A DNA stretch of 44,915 nucleotides from Candidatus Aenigmatarchaeota archaeon (GTDB lineage Archaea > Aenigmatarchaeota > Aenigmatarchaeia > PWEA01 > JAGHBM01): contig JAGGZI010000034.1 of NCBI GenBank assembly GCA_021162085.1, positions 1 to 44,915 on the forward strand, read 5' to 3'. A program made the translations under genes and the position numbers. The notes beneath the pieces were generated by a model. That model ran no database searches, was not told the DNA's origin, and saw only the letters and a program-made list of their open reading frames with translations. Below, piece after piece: positions 1-12,000 of this stretch; the first letter of the stretch is position 1; each line of letters starts with the position of its first letter.

Positions 1-3000
1 CATGAAGGAGAGAATTGGGACGAATCCAAGGCAAAGTGGTTCAAGTGGATGGTTGAAGATAATGAACCCACCGACACGTACAACACCATTCCTGTTCAGG
101 GACCGAACATTACGGAGAGTAATGTAAGAATAGACTACATAACAGGAAATGGTACAACACTCTACAGAAACCATGATACATCGAGGCTTGGTGTGAATGT
201 ATTTGATAACGAAAATCAGAGTTATCCATCTGGTGTTAATGTTTCTTATTGGGTAACCAACGACTCAATACATTACAGGCTTGAGATGATAAATGAAACA
301 AACGGACTTGGTAATGCATCCTATTACTTCAGTCCAAATTGTAGTCATCTCGTCGGACCACAATATTGGCCACAGTACTGGAAAGCCGGTGTGGAGGATA
401 AATGCTACATAGATAAGAACGTATCAAATAACTTCACCTACTGGCTTATTGGATGGCTTAATGGAACAATAGAGGGTATAAGAAATCAGACATTGGATAG
501 GAGAACTATATTCCTAAACGGAACAAACGTAACAATAAATGCAACCGTCCTAGATGAGTGCTCAGTTGGTGTAGAGTCCTCGTATGTAAACATAACTCTG
601 ATACATGAATCGAGTAAAGAGTATAGATGTTCGCCTGTAAACGACCTTGGAGGCGGTGAATATTCCTGCATATTCAATACATCAGAGAACCCAGATCCCA
701 TGCTTGCTCGTTGGTACAATATATCCGTACTAACCAACAAGACACCGTGGTATGTTTACAATTACTCCTTGAGATATATCCCAGAGACAGGAAGCGGGCC
801 AGGAGCCTTCTTCATAGAAACAAAACCAATACTGTCCAATCCTATGGTTAACACATCAGCGGAAGATGGAGATACTGGAAGTACAGGAGGTTATTCAGAA
901 ACATTTAACTTCAGTGTAAGAGTCACCGACAGAGATTCTGATATGGTTAGGGCATATCTGTACATCAGAAGGAACGGTGGTGGTTGGGAAAAACTAATAG
1001 GAACAAACAGCAGTGGTGGAGTTGGTGGCGTTAATTATGTTTCATGTACCAATTGCAATAATACCGTTCTCTGGATATCAAAGAATAACTTTGATTGCCC
1101 GGACATAGATAAATATGAGTTTAAATGGAACGCTACCGATACTGATGCAACTCCAGCAGGATATTCAGATGAAAGTCATATTTACACTGATGAAACCGAA
1201 CCGAAAAACTTCACCATAGAACCTGATGATGTGGAAGTCCTACATTACTATGGCAATAATCGATGGATATGGAGAAATGGTACACAATCCATTGTACTTT
1301 CTACATACGTTTATGATATAGATGCCGGTGTTAATCTAACAGTAGGTGAGGCAAGAGGAAAGATATGGATAACAAACGATAGTCAAACATTTAGAGAAGT
1401 TGCAACAATGGACCTCTCGGGAACTCCGGGTGAGACAGGATTTTTCAATTACACATTCCAACCAGACTGTGTTTATGGATATGGACCAGATCACTATGAT
1501 GTCGGTGTTCAAAAATGGATTGTTGGTACTGTAGAGAATCCAAGCGGAACATGCTACAAACTTGTTAATTCAACTGTGTTTAACGTAACACTGAAATCGT
1601 ACTTAAATGAAACTATTAGTCTTCCAAATGGAAAGTCATATGAAAAATACGAGGATAACGTTCCACTCAATTTCTTCGTGTTTGATGAATGCAACAATGG
1701 ACTTGAAAACATAACTCCAACAATAACTTTAATACATCCAACAAAGACATATACAATATATTCCTCAGACATAACAGATCTTCATAATGGAACTTACAAT
1801 ACAACATGGGATCCAGATACCAACTCTGCCAACCTTGGTGCATACAATGTCAGTATATACAGTAAATTTGATAATTGGTACAAGGATTACTATGTACCCG
1901 TAACCAAGCTTAAGCCATATGCATTCAGAATACAGACCAGGCCAAAATTATATGGAGAAAGTGTAGACTGTAGTGGAGATTGTAGTTGGGGAGAATTATG
2001 GGCCTTTGACGTGTATTGTAGTGACGAAGATTATGACAATCTGAACGTAACCTTGTGGAAGAAAAAAGATTCATCTTCGCCATGGGTTGCCGTAGATACG
2101 AAACCATGCCAATCCACAAGTGGCGAACTACTATCATTCTCAAGCCATTACTTTAATTGCTCTGATATAACGCCGCCAGGAGAAAACAGCAAGTGGAAAT
2201 TCAACACTACAGACCCATGGGGATTTAACGAAACTACATCCATCCACACCGACAATATACTGAAAGATGATGTGAGCATCATACCATACAGTGTCTCGAA
2301 AACACATGTGAATAGAGAGGGTAATGACAATGTAACCTTTGGAATGCTCATAAAAGATACAGATAGAAACCAGTATGTTGGTGAAAATGTTAGCACAGCA
2401 TTCTATGTCACAGAGAATTCTGAATGGGACACCGGACATTTCAACAATACAACATCATCGTCAATTTCGTACTTCACGTTCTTCCCGGACTGTAACTACA
2501 ATGCAAGCTGGCATTGGTGGAAGGGAGGTACATACAATGATGAATGTTATAAAGATGCCAATTTCACTCCTCAGAATTATGAGAGTCTATCGAAATTTGA
2601 AATACTTGGACAGTTAAAGCTAAACATTACGCATCCCAACGAAGGTCAGTACTTCATTGTATGGGATGTCATAAACTATACGCTCAATGTAACTGATGAA
2701 TGTAACTCTAACTGGGGTCCAATAGAAAATGCAAGCGTTGGGTTATGGCTACAGTCACCAAGTGGAGAATGGGAACATCATACACCAAATGAAATCAATG
2801 AAATTGGTAATGGATATTACAGCTACTTGTGGAATACAAGCTTCCACCAAGGTGGATGGTGGAATGTTAAATTTGAAGTCAATAAAACACACTACAACCC
2901 AAATACAACGACATGGATTAGCTACACATACCTGAACAACACCCCACCAGAAGTTTACAACTTCAGCGTTACTCCAAATAAGGAAGGTTGGGGAAGAACA

Positions 3001-6000
3001 TTCACGTACGAAGCATTCGTAAATGATACACAACTTGATAATGTAACTTGTAAATTGTATACGTCCACGAATAATAAGGATACGTGGGTATACCAAGGAG
3101 AAAAAACCATATACTATGGAGTCGGGAAATGTGAAATAAATGTATCCGACTTCACCTGTTCAGATAAAGGAACAGACAATTACTATAAATTCGAAATATA
3201 CGATGGCACAAATAGATTCAATACTTCAGATCAATACGGGCCGAACATAACAGAAGACGATGCATCTATTGAATACGTGCTTGGCAACGACACCACTGTC
3301 GATAGGTTTGGAGATAATACTACCCTATTGATAGTAAGAACTAAGGACTTAGATAGGAACAACATTTCTGTATCGGATGTAAATGTAACATTCTGGATAA
3401 CAAATGATGGAAGTAATTATCTTGCCCAACCGATACATCAAACAAATTCATCAGGATATTTAAACTATTATTTCAATCCTAACTGTGATCCACTATATGA
3501 TGTTGGAAAACAATATTGGAAAGCTGGAGTAACTGATGGGTGCTACGTTGATATAAACACATCAAGCAACTACACATTAACAATAAACGGTAGTCTCTCA
3601 AACAGCATAGTTGAGATAAACTATCTCGCACCACCAATAAATGTTACCAAAACTGAAGAGAACGTAACAGTGGAGGGAAAGGTACTGGACGATTGTTCTG
3701 TTGAACAGCCTGGAGCTAAAGTTAACATAAGTCTAATACATGAATCAGGAATAAGTTATCCATGTAAGCCTGTAAAAGATCTTGGGTCTGGATATTACCG
3801 TTGTGAGGCAAACACAAGCGATATGAAAGCAAAATGGTATAATGTCTCGATGAACTCATCAAAAGAGTATTTAGGAAAAACTATTCATGAAGAGGGTGAT
3901 GTGTTCTTCCTACAAACAAGACCTATTTTGACCAATTATATTCCTCTTAACAGTCCAGGAGGCTGGGGTGAAACGTTCTACTACAACGTTACAGTCACGG
4001 ATGAAGATGAGGACAACGTGACACTAGATTTATATGTGGAGAAACCAGGGACGGCTGTGTGGATATTTGAAGATGAGGTAAACTTAACATCACCCGTTAT
4101 AAATAAAACTGTAACACTCAGCGCGCCTGCAGGGACCTTTGAGTGCCCACAGCACCTTGGAAATGGAGAATTCAAATTCGAGGCAAGTGACTCAAGATTG
4201 CTGACAAGAAATGTGATAAATAACTTTACTGTTGAGAGGGACGACGTAAGATTTGAAGAAGGTTCAGGTGATGGAGAATTCGTCTGGAGAAATGGAACAG
4301 ATTCATTGCTGTTGAGTCTACTTGTAATTGATAATGATAGAAATCTTTCAACACCAGGAGGATTGAACTCAAAGTTCTGGGTAACACTTGATGGAAATAG
4401 TTGGGACAATGGAAAGAATGCTCAGACAAATGATAGTGGATACATAAACTATGACTTCATGAATGAATTACCAATTGGACAACAAAAATGTGATTACTCT
4501 CTCGGTGTTCAAAATTGGAGAGCATGGGTGAATGGAACGTGTTATAAGCCAACGTATTCCAAGAACTATACACTAACGATAAAATCTAATCTTATATTGA
4601 ACATAACCATACCTGACGGTGAGGGATATCTAAGAGGTGACCTTGTACCAATAAAGGGTAGAGTCGAAGATGATTGCTCCAAATATCCAAGCGGTGTTGA
4701 AGATGCCACTGTAACTTATGAATTATTCATAGGAGGCAATAAGTATACATGTTCAAAGACAAATAACGCCGGATGGAGCGAAGGTAATGGGTGGTATAAC
4801 TGTACGTGGGATTCATCTGCGAGAGCAAAGGGATATTATGACATAAGAATGAATGGTAGCAAAATATATTATGGACCAAACTCAACAAGAAAAGATGATG
4901 CATTCTTCTTAGGAGAGGCACCAACACTTTCAAATCCAGGAGTAGACCATAACGTAGGTGGTTGGGGGGAAGAATATGTGTTCTCTGTAATATACAGCGA
5001 TCCTGACTATCAGGACGACAACGTGAGTGTGTGGGGAAGCTATGACAACGTTACATGGAGTCTTATTGACTCAAAACTTGTAAAGGGTGTTGATAGAACA
5101 GTTAACTTCTATGATAGATTCACCTGCGAAAACATGAGCACCACACCATTGACGGGAATAAGGTACTTCAAATTCAGAGTAGTCGATCCATTTGGATACT
5201 CCGATGAAACAACTCCTCAAAACATATCTCTTGTGGAAGATAACGTCACAGTAAGTGTAACTTCAAATACAACATCAATCGTTAGAAGAATTGGAAATCA
5301 GGATGCACTCCTACAATTTAGGATATATGATAGCGACCTGGGTGTTTATCCAAATCAAACATCAGGAAGGATATGGGTAACACGAGACCACAACAACTAT
5401 GATGTCATATACTCATGTAACTCCAATAATGGCTATTGTGGTATAAATCACGATCCAAATTGCACAACATCGGTTGGTGTACAAAAGTGGATAGGTGGTG
5501 TTGTAGACTCATGCTATCAATCACTAAATACAAGCAAGACAGATCTAACTGTTATAGGACAACTTAATACATCCGTTTTAAATCCTGTGAATGGAATAAT
5601 AGTTAACCGTGACGAAAATGTTACACTCAACGCCACCGTAAGCAACGACTGTAATGAGTCAATAAATGATTCTCTCGTGAGCTGGTATAACGAGTCGTGG
5701 GACTTACTTGCACAGGGATACAACACAACATGGACAGTTCCATCTAGTTATGGACTTGGACCAAGAACAGTTTATGTAAATGCAACAAGACAATATTATG
5801 ACTTGGGTGCAAATCAATCTGACATCTACGTATATGGATGGAGTGAAGTTGATAACATAGTTCCATCAAATGGGAGTGACTACATAGCCGGCTTAAGTGT
5901 AAACGTCAGATGTCATGTTAGTGATGTTGACACATCAAACCCGATAGAAAATTACACAGTTAAATTCTATAAGAACGGTGCTCTTGTTAAAACTGAAATA

Positions 6001-9000
6001 GCCGACTCAGATGGCTGGGCAACTTGGTCATGGTCCACAGCAACCGAATCTCCTGGATGGTACAACATATCATGTAACATAAGCGATGATAGTGAGCTTT
6101 ACTACAACACAACAGTTTCAGAAAGAAGCACGTTAATTTTGATAAGGAGACCTTTGCTTATAGACTATATAAATGTTAATCCAAGTTCAATTTACAGGAA
6201 CGATTCTTACAATCCAAATGAAGCCAACATTTCTGTAAGAGTACAAGATGCTCTAACTGGACCCGCAGAAGGAGCAAATGTAACATTCTACAATTTAACT
6301 AGTTACCTAGATTCATGTCTGAGTGACTCTGATGGAAGATGCTGGGTAATGTACAATGCACCAGATAACACAACACCTGACATATACACCATTTATATAA
6401 ATGCAACAAAGAGTGGAACAGAGCCATCTGAAACGAATCAGACAACGGTTAAGGTAATGGGCGTATTGTATCTCAATATAACTTCTCCAGTGAATGGAAG
6501 TGATTGGGGTAAATCCGACATAATCAGTCTTTCTGCATCTTCCCATGATGAAAATGGTAACTCTTTGTATCCAAATGTTAAGTGGTACAATGAAACTTCC
6601 CAGGTAGCAGAAGGTGTCTCAACCACACTTGATCTAAGAACACAAGATACTGGATGGAGAAATATAACTGCAAATGCAACTGACAACTGCTATAGTTATC
6701 CGGGCATATCATGCTATGCTGTAGGTGAAGATAGTGTATTGATATTGGTGAAGAGTCTATCAAAAGCCGTATGGATAAGCCCGCCTGCCCATGGACCGCC
6801 CTATGAGGAATTGCCCGTATTAAAACCATTTGATGCGGTATGCCAGGTTAGAGATACTACAACTGAATCTGGAATTCAAAACTATCCAGTAAAGATGTGG
6901 TATACATGGTCTTCAGCATACATTTATATAGGCAAATTCTTTACCAACCAATCTGGATACGTTAGCTACGAATATACACCCCAACAAAAAGGCACACTGA
7001 AATTTAAATGCAATATAACGGACAACGTAACATTACAGTACACCGCTGACATCTCTGAGGCAGAGGCAACGTTCACCATAAAGGATACCATACCACCAAA
7101 AATATATTATCCATTAGTAGAACCAAACGAGAGTATCGAAGCAAACTTGAATTACACAAATATAAGTGCTGTAATAACCGATGAGATAGGAGTATCATCA
7201 GCATGGGCAAATATAGGAATGCCCAATGGAAGTTATGTAAACGTAACCATGAACAGGAACTCTGACGTAACTGTGTCAAAGCTCATAGAAAATGTCTCTG
7301 AATCAGCAAACTCAGGATTTAATTACACAGAGAATATAACAGAATTCGGAAAGATGGAATTCTTCAACATAACGATATTCAACATCAACGACACAACGAT
7401 TTACTTCAACTTAACAGTTAATGATGTATTAATAGCCTCAAATTATTCAGCACCAAACGGAACAAACACAACAATAGACGCCACTGTGAATATTTCAGAA
7501 TTTACCTTACCTGACATTCAAACAATAAACATTACAATAACAAACTCATCAGGACAAATTTCAGATGCAAAGTATGAGAGCTATCTTAAGTATAAAGTTA
7601 TATCAACGAAATATGTTGGTCAGTACATACCACCGATAGGAGGTTTATACAATGCAACTGTATATGCAATGGATCAACCACCAGAAAACAATGTAAACTC
7701 AAGCTTTGCTGGATATTTCTATGTGTGGGGTAAGACGAAAGGATTTGTTGAAAATGTACCGACGCAGACTGTTGCAAGTGGTATTTCACAGGTAGATAAC
7801 TATAAATTCAATCTAACAATCAACTTCACAAACAAAGGTCCTGCAACGGCTTGGTTGGTGAATTTGACCGTAAGTGATAACCCATCTGGGTATGTGCAAT
7901 ACAACGATACATACCATGAATGTGGAAACATCACAGTCAACAAAACATGTACATGGGGATTAGAAGTAACAGTATTAGAAAAGACCCCACCGATATTGAT
8001 AACCATATATGGAAATGCAACGTGGCGCAATCCAGACCTGACATACAACACAACAAGAAATTGGACAACTGTTATAGTTAGTGATAACCCCATAATAGAC
8101 ATAATAGAAAATACGATGGAAGGTGAAACACCGCACGGAATGACAACAGACGTTGGAAACATAACAACATGGTCAAAGGGCAATGTGCCTATAACAGATA
8201 TAAATATTAAGACCGTTGGCGGAAACTTGGGTGTAGATTGCCCAGAATGTGTTGTAAATATATTCCCGAATGTACAGGGCATATTAAGTGCTGGTGAAAA
8301 CTTCACTTCTGATATATCTCTGCAGGTTCCAGCAGGGCAGAGCCCAGGTTACTATTGGACAAAAATAAGGGCAAATTCAAGTAATGCCGGATATGACGAA
8401 GCACTTTTAAATGTAAGCGTCCCTTGGAATAGCTCCTGGACAAGGACTCCGGAAACCTTTGGAAATATACTCGCCCCGTTGAACACAGACAGAAATATAG
8501 GAAATATCACAATAGACAACATAGGTAATGTAAAACTTTCATTATCTTTGTACCCAACCGGAGACGCAGCACCATTTATTAGTATCAGCCCACCTGCATT
8601 TGACCTAGAGAAACAGGTTGAGAGGAATGCAAGTCTCTCATTCTCCATTCCGGGAGGTGCCACTCCAGGAAATTATTATGGAGAAGTTAAAATATACGCA
8701 GATGATGAGAATGGTAACGATGCCACACCACCAAACATGATAGTAAACTTCACACTTAATGTAACTGATGTTCCTCCAACAATAGAAAATGTAAGCATAA
8801 CGCCTGAAGTATTTGAAATTTACTACGGATACACAAACATATCTGCTGTAATAACTGACAATTTTGCTGTTGACAGCGCATGGATAAATGTGACAAGACC
8901 AGATGGTTCTACATTCGTTGATTTTATGAGCAAGAATGGATCGCTGTACACGACAAGTTATAACAGTACTATGGATGGAATTCACTCAATAAGGATTTGT

Positions 9001-12000
9001 GCAAACGACACGGCATCATTAATGTCCTGTACCTCTTCATTCAATGTAACGGCATCAGGAAATACAACAGTCATAGCATTATCAAGTCCAAGTATTGTAG
9101 AAATCTCGAATATTACAATATATCATGGCACTAACTTTACGATGAACATAACTGCTAACAACACGGGATATTCAAGAGCAAAGAATGTAAATGTAACCAT
9201 AACGACACCAAACAACATAAACTCAAGTAAGAAGTTAATTGAATTTGGCCTATTATTGAAGAATTCCTGGTCATCAAACATAACAAACATATCCGTAATG
9301 AAATCCACACCTCCTGGGGATTACTTGGTGAACTTTACAGCGAACTGGACAAATCTTGACAACTCAAGTGGATGGAGTATGTCCAATGCAACAATACGGG
9401 TGTTATCAAATCCTGTAATAGACATATTAAATGACACCATAAATATGACAGCACAAAGTGGCAACAGTGATGTAGAGAACATGACAATTATGTCAATCGG
9501 TAACGATGAAGTGGATGACATGACAATATCCTGTATATCAGGCGAAGTCTGCCAGAACTTCACAGTAGAGATAGAACCAAGCTACATATCATCTCTTCCA
9601 TCCGGAAACATGACGTCTGTAAGGATAAACGTGACTGTTCCAGACAATTATCCAACTGGAATTTATTCAGGAGTCGTGGAGGTAACTTCAGAGAACACGT
9701 CAGACATAGTTCCGATATATGTTAACGTTCCTTTAAATCTATCCTGGTCTCAATCACCAATCGAGATATCAAGAAGAGTTATAAAATCAAAGGAAGGGGT
9801 ATTCGGTGATGTAAATGTTAAGAACACAGGAAACTCTCCTTTAAGACTTGATATAATATGGTATGGAAACATCACCCCATATTTGACAAAGAATGCAACA
9901 GAGCTTAACCTGAATATAGGTGAAGAAAAAACCATAGAAATAAACTATTCATCACCAGACATATACGATGAAAAAACATACACAGGATACATAGTAAGTA
10001 GGAATACTACGGTTATACCAAGTGAGAAATCAACATCCTTAAACATGACCGTATATCCATACAGCGTTAACATTGTATCTCCAACGGAAACCAATCCTAC
10101 TACAAATATAACGTACAACTATACCATTGAAGCACATGTAAATGTAACGTATGGCTTAAGCTATGTGATAAGCGGGCTTGAATGGGAAGTTCATATACAA
10201 AATGAAACAAATAAGGTAAAGGCCAACATAACTAATATCCAATTCTCTTCGGTGGAGAAATTATGGCACATAAACTTCACAGCACCTGATCTGCAAGACA
10301 ACCATGCATATGATTTGAATATAACGGCCAACTACACGGATAAGAATCTGGTATTATCTGATGTGAAGCACAACTCGATTGTGTACGTTGACACAATACC
10401 ACCATATGTAACTCTCTATGTTCCTCAGAAAGTTGCATTAAACTACACAGTTGAAATATTTTCTAATGGGACCGATACCGGTGGAATAAGAAATATAACT
10501 GGAATTGTTAAATACCCAGACAATTCAACTGAGCAGTTCGTATTTGATTTCATAAAGCAAGTTGGAAATACTTACATGTATAAGCTTGACTTCTCAAACA
10601 CGTCACAGATGGGAGTATATGAAATAAATGTAACTGCATGCGACCTCTCAGGTAATTGTAATTCAACAAACACAACATTTGGAGTATATCCAATGATATA
10701 TTTCTCTGGTCACTCCGTAGACATAGAGAATCCCGACAAACCTTCTCTTGGCATTGAATTCAGCTTTTACGAGCCAGGAACATCAACACTGCTCTATAAC
10801 ATACAATCTGACTCCATCGGATATTATAATAAAACCATAGACGCAAGAAGTTATGACATGGATGTTGATGTATGGAACGACTCCTTGAAACTATATGATA
10901 GCCCTGTGCTCACCAATCTAAACGATCCTCTGTTGTTTGGATACATATCGCCAACTCTCATAGGCAAGGGTGCAGTGAGGGGAATGGCAATAGAAAATGT
11001 TCTTAACTTCAGTGTTGCAAAACTGACATTTGACTACTCAGGAGCAAACGACGTAACCGTGAGTAATCTTGGTATATATGCATGCGAGGACTGGGATAGA
11101 TATACCGGCTGCGATGGTAATTGGACTAGATTAAGTTCTGTCATCAGTACCAACACATCAACCATATCAACAACAATTCAGAACAAACTTGAAAGGGCAT
11201 ATGCACTTGCAGAGTATGTTTGTGGGAATGGAGTTTGTGAGTATGACTATGGAGAATCAAGTGCCGTTTGTCCTCAAGATTGTGTAGTTACCACAACAAC
11301 AATACCACCAATCACCGGTGGTGGGGGTGGGGGTGGAGCAGGTGGTGCAAAAATACCAGAAGAGTTCAAGCCGGTGCCATTGGAAATCAAAGCACCTGTC
11401 ATAGATGTTACGATATATCCAGGGGAGAGAAAGGTATTCAGTGTGGAGATAACCAACAACAAATTAAATACTGTACCAGTAAGTGTAAAGGCAGAAGGAC
11501 CTGTCTGGAGCTTACTACAATTCCAGAAAACAAACTTCGATGTGCTTGGAAAAACAACTGAGGTTGATGAAATTGCCGTTGCACCACCAAAAGATACTCA
11601 GCCTGGAGTGTATACCGGAGACATAGTTATAAATGCGGGTGGAATAATCCACAGGATACCTGCAACAGTTGCAGTTGAGGTTCTAGAAGAACCACTGTTG
11701 GATGTAAAAGTCAAGGTATTAACAGATACTGTGGAACCAGGTGAAGATCTAAAATATGAAGTAAACGTCATAAATATGGGACCGACAGCAAAGATTGAAG
11801 ATATAGTGCTGAATTATACTGTAAGGAACCTGGACACAAACAAAGTAATTCTCATAGACCATGAAACGGTTGCCGTTGAAAATATAAAAACTTTGAGAAG
11901 GTCTGTGAAGATACCTGAAGATGCACCACAGGGGAGCTATGTAATTGAGGTTAAAGCAAACTACTGGTATAACAGAAAGTTCGCAACGTCTTCAGCATCT

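Noticed and set aside
11321-11345. A G-rich tract GGTGGTGGGGGTGGGGGTGGAGCAGGTGGTG, considered as a G-quadruplex or phase-variation switch.
   Set aside because: It encodes the poly-Gly linker, has only two runs of G3 or longer, and has no homopolymer long enough for frequent slippage. Any in-frame change would only alter linker length.
486-11462. Many 60-170-aa ORFs in other frames or strands inside the 13-kb gene (for example 7800-8306, 8638-8985 and 11268-11561).
   Set aside because: All are nested within a continuous 13-kb frame with clear domain repeats. They have no start signals and no recognisable products.
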